35,682 nucleotides of DNA from positions 1-35,682 of the forward strand of contig JBAUTA010001062.1 of NCBI GenBank assembly GCA_049581985.1. The letters run 5' to 3'. Every line of letters starts with the position of its first letter. The first letter of the stretch is position 1. Below, one piece after another: positions 1-7,308 of this stretch. The notes below the pieces were generated by a model. That model saw nothing but the letters and a program-made list of their open reading frames with translations, did not search any database and was not told where the DNA came from. The stretch comes from Kovacikia sp. (lineage in GTDB: Bacteria; Cyanobacteriota; Cyanobacteriia; Leptolyngbyales; Leptolyngbyaceae). Both the position numbers and the translations under genes were made by a program.

Positions 1-31
1 GTTTCTAAGGTCTATCGGAGCATTGTCATGA
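1..31 (+). CDS. 3' end of probable PIN-family toxin gene (partial)
   Basis: Frame 2 reads FLRSIGALS*. The stop overlaps the next ATG (ATGA at 28-31). The tail resembles PIN toxins that precede this antitoxin type; only 9 codons are visible. Confidence 0.35.
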   Translation, partial: FLRSIGALS

Positions 32-274
32 GTGAACTAAAAGTTGAGTTACCAGACTCATTGTATAAGAGTCTACAGAAACTCGCACAGCAAGACGGTA
101 TCTCGGTAGACCAATTCATTGCTATTGCCGTTTCGGAAAAAATTTCTGCTTTAACAACTGAAACCTATCTATAAAGAACGGGCACAACGAGGCTCTCAAA
201 TGAAATATAAAGAAGTTTTGGCAAAGGCCCCTGATATTGAGCCTGAGCCATATGACCTGTTGCCTCCAACCTGA
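28..274 (+). pseudogene. Frameshifted RHH/HicB-like antitoxin
   Basis: MSELKVELPDSLYKSLQKLAQQDGISVDQFIAIAVSEKISALTTETYL stops at TAA 172-174. Removing one base continues as KERAQRGSQMKYKEVLAKAPDIEPEPYDLLPPT*, the usual C-terminus of this ~80 aa family. Confidence 0.75.
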
Positions 275-324
275 TGTCCCTGAAAAAGACAGGGAAGCTG
301 CTTAAATATCAAATATATTCTAAG

Positions 325-396
325 TTGCTAGAGGGTGATACCGTCATATAGTTTTGGATTGGGAGCCACGACAAGTATGAGCAGTTCTTCTCGTAA
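325..396 (+). pseudogene. C-terminal remnant of RelE/ParE-like toxin
   Basis: Reads LLEGDTVI*FWIGSHDKYEQFFS*. This matches the 'W-F-W-I-G-S-H-x-x-Y' tail of ParE-like toxins with an apparent TGG>TAG at 349-351; the 5' part is missing. Confidence 0.6.
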
Positions 397-613
397 GATT
401 AAAACTCTCTAAATCTTGTTTTTAACTTTAATCGACCAGGAAGTTTCCCTTTTAGCTGGAGAAATGGAGCCTGGAATGTGTCGGATCGGCTCTAATTAAA
501 GGTTAGAGATGTTTCTGCTTTCGGTCAGGAGAAAATCAAATGCTTGGGGATCGTAGCCCTCATGGTCAATAAGCAATGGTACGCTATCCCTACGCCAGAA
601 AGTATTGATACTA

Positions 614-2806
614 ATGACTTTGTCTCTCCACGTTGCCTTTATCTGGCACCAGCACCAACCTCTTTACAGGAGTGCCCTAACCGGGAAGTATGTGATGCCC
701 TGGGTCCGGTTACATGGCACCAAAGATTACCTGGACCTCATTCTGCTTTTAGAGCGCTACCCAAAGCTGAAACAAACGGTCAACTTGGTTCCTTCGCTGA
801 TGCTGCAGATTGAGGAATACGTCAAAGGGGTGGCCTTTGACCCTTGGCTGGAAGCTTTACTAAGACCGATGGATAAGATGGGGTTGGTGGAGCGTCGTTT
901 CGTCCTAGAACGCTTTTTTGATGCAAATCGAGAGCATTTAATCTATCCCCATGCTCGCTATACAGCCCTTCACCAGCAGCGAGAAAAATTTGGTATCGAT
1001 TGGTGTATTGCCAATTGGAGTGAGCAAGATTTTGAAGACCTGCTCATGTGGCATAACCTATGCTGGTTTGACCCGATTTTTCAGGAAGAAGAACAGGATA
1101 TTCAGGCATGGATTCGGCAGGGCAGGAACTTTAACATAGGAGACCGTCAGCGGGTCTTCGCCAAACAGCAGGAAATTCTAGCCAGAATCATTCCCAAGCA
1201 TCGGGAACTCCAGGAAAAAGGGCAACTAGAAGTAACCACTACTCCCTACACCCATCCGATTCTGCCGCTTCTCATTAACTCTGAAGCTTCCCTAGTGGCT
1301 CGTCCAGATATGCCGCTACCTCGCTATAAATTTGCTTGGCCGGAGGATGCGCAATACCATTTGGAGCGGGGTAGAACGATATATCGGGAGCATTTTGGCT
1401 GCGAAGCGAGAGGAGTATGGCCTTCAGAGGAATCCGTTAGTCCACAGGTTTTGCCCATGCTTGCGGGGCAAGGATTTCGGTGGTTTGTAGCGGATGAGGA
1501 AGTGCTGGCCAGAACTTTGCACCATCCCTTTCATCGAGATAGCTATGGCCATCTCCAGGAACCCGATGTTCTCTATCGTCCCTATCGCATTAGTACAGAA
1601 CAGGGTGATATTGCCATCATCTTCCGCGACCATCGGCTATCCGATTTGATCGGGTTTAGCTATAGCAATAAACCGCCAGAGGAAGCTTCCGCCGATTTGA
1701 TTGAGCAACTAGAAGCGATCCAGCGCCAGCTCACACACCAAGGCAAAACAGGTCCTCATTTGGTCACCATTGCTTTAGATGGGGAGAACTGTTGGGAGTT
1801 CTATGACCAAGACGGTAAACTCTTCCTGGAAAGCTTATACGGCAGGCTATCTGCAAAAAATAACCTCAAACTAGTGGCAGTAGCTGATTATTTAGAACAA
1901 TACCCCCCAGAACGTTCGCTAGAAGCCAAAAATCTGCACAGTGGCTCCTGGATTAACGGAGATTTTTCAACGTGGATTGGAGACCCGATAAAGAATCGGG
2001 CTTGGGAAATGTTGGCACAGGCCCGTCAGCTTATTCAAGACCATCCTCGCGCTACCCCTAAAGCCTGGGAAGCAATTTGGGCGGCAGAAGGGTCTGACTG
2101 GTTTTGGTGGTTTGGATACCCCCATTCCTCTGACCATGATTCTCTCTTCGACCGATTGTTTAGAGAGCATCTCCAGGCAGTTTATCAAGAATTGGGAGAA
2201 GCGATTCCCACCTATCTTCTGGAAGACTTGGAAAATCATCAGATTACGGGATCCCATGTCCCTGAAGGCTATGGCTATATCCAACCGGTGATTGATGGTT
2301 TGGGGAATGACCAAGAGTGGGCCAAAGCTGGACGCCTAGATGTGGGTGGGGCAAGAGGTACGATGCACCAAGCCACCGGGATCCAGCATATTTGGTATGG
2401 AGTGGACCATGTCAATTTATTCTTGCGCTTCGATTTTGCGTCGACGCCCCCCAGCAAACTGGATGTTTTCATTTTCTACCCTGGCCTTACCCGGATTAAT
2501 AGCCCCATTCCCCTCTCTAATTTGCCTGAGGGGGGCACCTTGGAGTACTTGTATACCCACCATTTGGAAATAGATCTAAACCTTCAGCGTCTAGCTCTGC
2601 GCCACTCCCAGCCCTTTTTAGAATGGCAAGATAGTCCCACTAGCGCACGGGCTGTTTTAGAACGGTGTATGGAAGTCGCCCTCCCTTGGGCTGACCTGCA
2701 TATATCTTCGGGCGATAAAGTAGAGTTTATTGTTGTTCAAAGCACAAACAATCGCTTTGAAAGAGTATTCCCGGCTGGAGGGACCCTATCTTTGAAAATG
2801 CCCTGA
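614..2806 (+). CDS. Glycoside hydrolase family 57 (amylopullulanase-like)
   Basis: GH57 motifs WHQHQP, HPILPL, WPSE (nucleophile), LDGEN (acid/base), AEGSDWFWW. ATG 614 is preferred over TTG 605. Confidence 0.93.
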   Translation: MTLSLHVAFIWHQHQPLYRSALTGKYVMPWVRLHGTKDYLDLILLLERYPKLKQTVNLVPSLMLQIEEYVKGVAFDPWLEALLRPMDKMGLVERRFVLERFFDANREHLIYPHARYTALHQQREKFGIDWCIANWSEQDFEDLLMWHNLCWFDPIFQEEEQDIQAWIRQGRNFNIGDRQRVFAKQQEILARIIPKHRELQEKGQLEVTTTPYTHPILPLLINSEASLVARPDMPLPRYKFAWPEDAQYHLERGRTIYREHFGCEARGVWPSEESVSPQVLPMLAGQGFRWFVADEEVLARTLHHPFHRDSYGHLQEPDVLYRPYRISTEQGDIAIIFRDHRLSDLIGFSYSNKPPEEASADLIEQLEAIQRQLTHQGKTGPHLVTIALDGENCWEFYDQDGKLFLESLYGRLSAKNNLKLVAVADYLEQYPPERSLEAKNLHSGSWINGDFSTWIGDPIKNRAWEMLAQARQLIQDHPRATPKAWEAIWAAEGSDWFWWFGYPHSSDHDSLFDRLFREHLQAVYQELGEAIPTYLLEDLENHQITGSHVPEGYGYIQPVIDGLGNDQEWAKAGRLDVGGARGTMHQATGIQHIWYGVDHVNLFLRFDFASTPPSKLDVFIFYPGLTRINSPIPLSNLPEGGTLEYLYTHHLEIDLNLQRLALRHSQPFLEWQDSPTSARAVLERCMEVALPWADLHISSGDKVEFIVVQSTNNRFERVFPAGGTLSLKMP

Positions 2807-3129
2807 TCCCCTTGCGCTTTCAGGGCATAGATATTGCGCTCCATAGCATTCCCATCTGGGGAGATTAGTAATAAGATTAACGATGGGATTATCCAAAAGC
2901 TTATGGTCAGTTTGGTCATAGGAAGAAGTGGACAAGGTTAACAGATCCCAGATGCAACTGGTAAAGCTGACCTGTTATTGGGTACTTGCTCCGAAAAGCT
3001 AAAGCATTCCAGGCTGGATTTGTTCTAGCTAGGATGTAATGCCAACGGAAAAAGTCAAGTTTTCAAAGCCCCTACTTTGGTGGCATAATCCTCTTTGGCT
3101 CAAAAATCGTTCAACAAATGGAGAAGACA

Positions 3130-3486
3130 ATGTCTCGTTTCGCTTTAGCTGCTGCACTTTTAGTTGGTGCGGCTACCGTTTTGCCTGCTGGCCAAGTTTT
3201 TGCCAAGGAATGGACCGTGGATATGGGTGATAAGACAGGTAAGTTGGTTTTTGTACCTAAGACTCTGACCATTGCTAAAGGGGATACCGTTAAGTGGGTC
3301 TTCGTAAAGGCTGGTCCCCACAACGTTGTCTTTGATGACGCGGCCACTAAGGCTTATAATCATGAAAAGTTAATCGTTAAGACTGACCCTACCTTTGTTA
3401 CCAAGTTCGATAAGGCTGGTGTTTACAAGTATCACTGTACCCCCCACAAAGCAGCGGGCATGGTTGGCGAAATCACTGTTAAGTAA
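3130..3486 (+). CDS. petE: Plastocyanin (type-1 blue copper protein) with signal peptide
   Basis: PHNVVF and C-T-P-H-K-A-A-G-M copper ligands (H, C, H, M). Sec-type signal ends in VFA. GGAG RBS precedes ATG 3130. Confidence 0.88.
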   Translation: MSRFALAAALLVGAATVLPAGQVFAKEWTVDMGDKTGKLVFVPKTLTIAKGDTVKWVFVKAGPHNVVFDDAATKAYNHEKLIVKTDPTFVTKFDKAGVYKYHCTPHKAAGMVGEITVK

Positions 3487-3508
3487 GTAGTCAACCAAAG
3501 TTTATTTA

Positions 3509-3542
3509 CCCTAGGAGGACAAAAGTCTTCCTGGGTTTTTTT
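3509..3542 (+). terminator. Rho-independent terminator of petE
   Basis: Hairpin CCTAGGAGGAC-AAAA-GTCTTCCTGG(G) with G-U pairs, followed by a T7 run, ~25 nt after the stop. Confidence 0.85.
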
Positions 3543-3596
3543 GTACCATGCCTTGCTTGGTTATTACCTCTATTCCGTTTGATGTTGATGTAAACC

Positions 3597-3752
3597 ATGT
3601 TAGCGATGCACACACATAAGAAAGAGCAGCGCCAATTCATCACAGATTTTCTTGAGTATTTGATGGAAAATCATAGTTCTGAGATTGAAATGGGGCTCAT
3701 CTACTCGGATGATATTCTAAACGCCCATGACATCTGGAGCGCCGCCGTATAG
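3597..3752 (+). CDS. Possible small acidic hypothetical protein (51 aa)
   Basis: MLAMHTHKKEQRQFITDFLEYLMENHSSEIEMGLIYSDDILNAHDIWSAAV*. Protein-like helical composition, but no clear RBS and no family recognised. Confidence 0.3.
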   Translation: MLAMHTHKKEQRQFITDFLEYLMENHSSEIEMGLIYSDDILNAHDIWSAAV

Positions 3753-3763
3753 AGGCTAGGACT

Positions 3764-3880
3764 GCATTGACAGCGTGTAGAAAGTTTGGCGATGCTAGGT
3801 TGGTTTTGCAGCCCCCAGAAAATCGTTGTGAGAGGACCGCCTAAAGCCCTTGCTTCAGATCACACTACTGCTGTCAATGC
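3764..3880. repeat. 117 bp segment bounded by 11 bp perfect inverted repeats (MITE/IS-scar candidate)
   Basis: GCATTGACAGC (3764-3774) and GCTGTCAATGC (3870-3880); the match extends imperfectly inward (GTAG/CTAC). Confidence 0.45.
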
Positions 3881-4038
3881 CTAAGTTCTATAATGTTGCA
3901 AATAATTCTACTTACCTAATCAGCCAAATCGAGGGAGTGGGATATATCTAAAACCTTCTCCTTTATCCGGCAGCGAGCTGATCGATGAGTTGGTGGCGTC
4001 TGGCCTGGTGGGGGCGCAGCACGAATACGGAGAGTGTG

Positions 4039-4119
4039 ATGAAGATTCTGACGGTGTATGCGCATCCCGAACTTAAGTCATTTTGTCATGCTGTGCTGCC
4101 GACCCCCTCGGTCCAATGA
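4039..4119 (+). pseudogene. N-terminal remnant of flavodoxin-fold NAD(P)H:quinone oxidoreductase
   Basis: GGAG RBS then MKILTVYAHPELKSFCHAVL, the typical family start, truncated after 26 codons at the SulP start. Confidence 0.7.
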
Positions 4120-5906
4120 GCGATTCGGCCCCTTCCTCTTCCCCGCGGGAACCGGGACGCATCACACGCCCGCGGATAGCTGCCCATCAGACCGGCTGGA
4201 TGCGCTGGCTACCGGGGTTACATACCTTGCGCCACTACGAGATCTCATGGATACGTCATGATGTTGTGGCCGGGCTGGTGCTAACCACAGTGCTCGTGCC
4301 CGTCGGCATTGCCTATGCTGTGGCCTCAGGAGTGCCGGGCATTTGTGGACTCTACGCAACCATTTTTTCGCTACTAGCTTATGCCCTGTTCGGCCCCAGC
4401 CGCATACTCGTACTGGGGCCGGATTCCTCGCTGGTCCCGCTCATTTTCGCTGTCGTGCTGCCACTCTCTGCGGGTGATCCGCAGCGCGCCATTGCCCTAG
4501 CCGGGATGATGGCGGTGATCTCCGGCACGTTGTGCATTCTGGCTGGCATCGCCCGCCTGGGTTTCATCACCGAGCTTCTCTCCAAGCCAATCCGCTACGG
4601 CTACATGAACGGCATCGCGCTCACCGTGCTAATCAGCCAGTTACCCGCACTGTTCGGTTTCTCGGTTGATGCCAATGGCCTGTTGAACGAAACCTGGGCC
4701 TTCATTGAGGCCGTTATGGCAGGAAAAACGAACTGGACATCCTTGGCGCTCGGCACAGCTACGCTCGCGGTAATCCTGTTGCTTAAGCGCAGCGGACGTC
4801 TGCCGGGAGTTCTGATTGCTGTGGTGGGCGCGACTGTTATCGTCGGTGCCCTGAATCTCGCGACGCGAGCCGGTGTGTCGGTCCTGGGTTCGCTACCTCA
4901 GGGCTTGCCCGCTTTTACTTTCCCCTCGATCACGTCTAGTGACCTTGTCCCAGTGCTACTTGGCGGTTTCACCATTGCCCTCGTATCGTTCGCCGATACG
5001 AGCGTGCTCTCGCGAACTTTCGCCGCACGGACTGGCACCTTTGTCGACCCCAATCAGGAGATGGTGGGACTGGGAGTTGCTAACCTGGCCGCTGGAATCT
5101 TCCAGGGCTTTCCAATCAGCGCAAGTGCATCACGGACGCCGGTCGCTGAGGTTGCGGGTGCCAAGACCCAATTGGCCAGTGCCGTTGGTGCGCTCGCTGT
5201 TGCCGCTCTGTTGATAATTGCGCCGAATTTGCTGGAGAACTTGCCCACGACGACGCTAGCCGCTGTTGTAATCGCATCGGCCATCGCTCTGATCGAGATC
5301 ACCGACTTAAGCCGTATCTATCGCATTCAGCGCTGGGAGTTTTGGCTTTCCATCGGCTGCTTCGCGGGCGTGGCCATTCTCGGTGCGATTCCAGGAATCG
5401 GACTGGCGATCTTGATTGCCGTCATCGAATTCCTCTGGGATGGCTGGCGGCCCCATTCCGCAGTGTTGGGTCGCGTCGAGGGCGTTAAGGGCTACCACGA
5501 CATTACGCGTTATCCTGAAGCTCGCCTTATCCCAGGATTGGTGTTGTTTCGCTGGGATGCGCCTTTGTTCTTCGCCAATGCCGAATTTTTCCAGAATCGT
5601 GCGCTGGACGCAGTAGCAGCGTCGCCCACACCCGTCAGTTGGCTCGTCGTTGGGGCAGAACCGGTCACCAGTGTTGATGTCACTGCTGCCGACATGCTCG
5701 CCGACCTGGACGAAACTTTGCACGCGGCCGGCATCGAACTGTGCTTTGCCGAAATGAAGGATCCCGTCAAGGACAAGCTCAAACGATTTGGACTCTTCGC
5801 ACGGCTTGGCGAGGAGATATTCTTTCCGACTATGGGTGAGGCTGTTAGCGGCTATCTCAACACCCACCCGGTGGACTGGGTGGACTGGGAGGATCGGAGT
5901 GAATGA
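4116..5906 (+). CDS. SulP/SLC26 anion permease with C-terminal STAS domain
   Basis: Motifs 'DVVAGL..VPVGIAYA..SG', 'GLYAT', 'VLGPDS', 'NQEM.GLG..N', 'S.SRT' and STAS 'APLFFANA'. ATG 4116 is preferred. Confidence 0.93.
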   Translation: MSDSAPSSSPREPGRITRPRIAAHQTGWMRWLPGLHTLRHYEISWIRHDVVAGLVLTTVLVPVGIAYAVASGVPGICGLYATIFSLLAYALFGPSRILVLGPDSSLVPLIFAVVLPLSAGDPQRAIALAGMMAVISGTLCILAGIARLGFITELLSKPIRYGYMNGIALTVLISQLPALFGFSVDANGLLNETWAFIEAVMAGKTNWTSLALGTATLAVILLLKRSGRLPGVLIAVVGATVIVGALNLATRAGVSVLGSLPQGLPAFTFPSITSSDLVPVLLGGFTIALVSFADTSVLSRTFAARTGTFVDPNQEMVGLGVANLAAGIFQGFPISASASRTPVAEVAGAKTQLASAVGALAVAALLIIAPNLLENLPTTTLAAVVIASAIALIEITDLSRIYRIQRWEFWLSIGCFAGVAILGAIPGIGLAILIAVIEFLWDGWRPHSAVLGRVEGVKGYHDITRYPEARLIPGLVLFRWDAPLFFANAEFFQNRALDAVAASPTPVSWLVVGAEPVTSVDVTAADMLADLDETLHAAGIELCFAEMKDPVKDKLKRFGLFARLGEEIFFPTMGEAVSGYLNTHPVDWVDWEDRSE

Positions 5907-6116
5907 ATCGGTGCTCGAACGTTCGTCACAGATAGTATTGGCTACTGCTGATTTGCGGTATGAACGACTCAATCTGCAAAAAAAGAAAACTAGAGTTCAG
6001 TCAAACTTCTTAATTCTCAAGTTATCCATTTTCATACCCTGATTACGCAACGCTATGGTACTGTTGTTTTGCTTCAATACAATACAATGGTAATATACGA
6101 CATTCAGGGTCGTTTC

Positions 6117-6962
6117 ATGCTTGAGGTAAAATCTCTTCTAGCTCAACAGCCTATGCTAATTTCTACCCAGTATCAAGTAATGGTTATTGGTGGAGCAGAA
6201 GACAAGGTTAATGGGCGTAGCATATTGTCCGCCTTCTTTGAAAGTGCTGGGGGGAAGCTGGCTACAATCGGCATCATTTCCTGCGCTTCACAAGAGCCCA
6301 TGGTCTTAGGTGCTCGCTACTACCAAATTTTTCAGGGGATGGGCGCTCAGCAAGTGCAGGTGCTCGATATTCCCTATCCAAAAGGGTGTGATGAAGAGCG
6401 TAGTTTGGATATTCTAAGCAACTGTACTGGTGTTTTTGTCACCGGTGGAGATCAGTTGCGTCTATGCAATCTAATTGGTGGTAGCAAGTTTATTGAATTA
6501 ATAAAAGAGAGAGTTCAGCTTGGTAAACTCGTCTTGGCAGGAACAAGTGCTGGCGCTGCGATGATGGGTGAAAAGATGATTGCAGGAGGAAGCAGTGGTG
6601 AGTCCCCAAACCGATCATTAGTTGACTTGGCGGAAGGTTTAGGTTTTATTCCTGAGCTTCTGGTGGATCAACATTTTCATAACCGCAATCGCATGGCTCG
6701 ATTGATAAGTGCGGTCGCTGCCCATCCTGATAAATTGGGCGTTGGTATTGATGAGGATACCTGTGCTGCTTTTGAGGATAATAGAACGTTTGAAGTGCTC
6801 GGTAAAGGAACTATCACCGTGATTGATCCGGGCGAGTTAACCCATACGAATTATCTTGAGGCTGATGAAACCTCTCCCCTCCGCCTTCATAAACTCACCG
6901 TTCATGTGTTGAGTCAGGGAGATCGCTACGACTATCAACATCGTTCAGTCTTGCCCCGTTAG
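6117..6962 (+). CDS. cphB: Cyanophycinase
   Basis: IGGAEDK, TGGDQ, GTSAG (catalytic Ser), DQHF..RNR..RL, GIDEDT; directly upstream of cphA. The start codon is uncertain. Confidence 0.95.
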   Translation: MLEVKSLLAQQPMLISTQYQVMVIGGAEDKVNGRSILSAFFESAGGKLATIGIISCASQEPMVLGARYYQIFQGMGAQQVQVLDIPYPKGCDEERSLDILSNCTGVFVTGGDQLRLCNLIGGSKFIELIKERVQLGKLVLAGTSAGAAMMGEKMIAGGSSGESPNRSLVDLAEGLGFIPELLVDQHFHNRNRMARLISAVAAHPDKLGVGIDEDTCAAFEDNRTFEVLGKGTITVIDPGELTHTNYLEADETSPLRLHKLTVHVLSQGDRYDYQHRSVLPR

Positions 6963-7005
6963 GTGAGGTCCGGGCGCTATGCTGTCCCACTATAGGGGCT
7001 GATCC

Positions 7006-7019
7006 GTAGCAATTAATAC
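7006..7019. promoter_or_regulatory. NtcA-binding site upstream of cphA
   Basis: GTA-GCAATTAA-TAC, a perfect GTA-N8-TAC in the cphB-cphA intergenic region. Confidence 0.65.
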
Positions 7020-7308
7020 GGAATTGGAAATTTAATGCGGGATTTCGGCTGATACAGCTATCCTTAATAACCGATACAAGTATTCGAACAAAAGCGATGG
7101 GTTTATAAACTCAGCCCTGCCTCAGCCGATTGCATCGGATTCTGTGGTTGCCCAAGCCCGACGTGTTTTCACATGGACATAGGGGAGATGGCTTCATCTT
7201 TATGCCTGATTTGTTTAGTATTGTTAACACCGGGCAATGGTAGAATTACCCATACCCTAGCTATTCTCAAAGTCCTCTGATTCCACCCTAAGTCAGGTTC
7301 CTAAGATT

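Noticed and set aside
614..2806. Functional pairing of GH57 (carbon storage) with cyanophycin genes
   Set aside because: Separated by petE and foreign DNA, and has a different HIP1 signature; proximity is probably incidental.
4116..5906. SulP as bicarbonate transporter BicA
   Set aside because: The sequence does not resemble cyanobacterial BicA closely; substrate cannot be assigned.
5307..5972. 221 aa minus-strand ORF and the many other short overlapping ORFs in the track
   Set aside because: They are antisense or alternative frames of well-supported genes, with no recognisable motifs.
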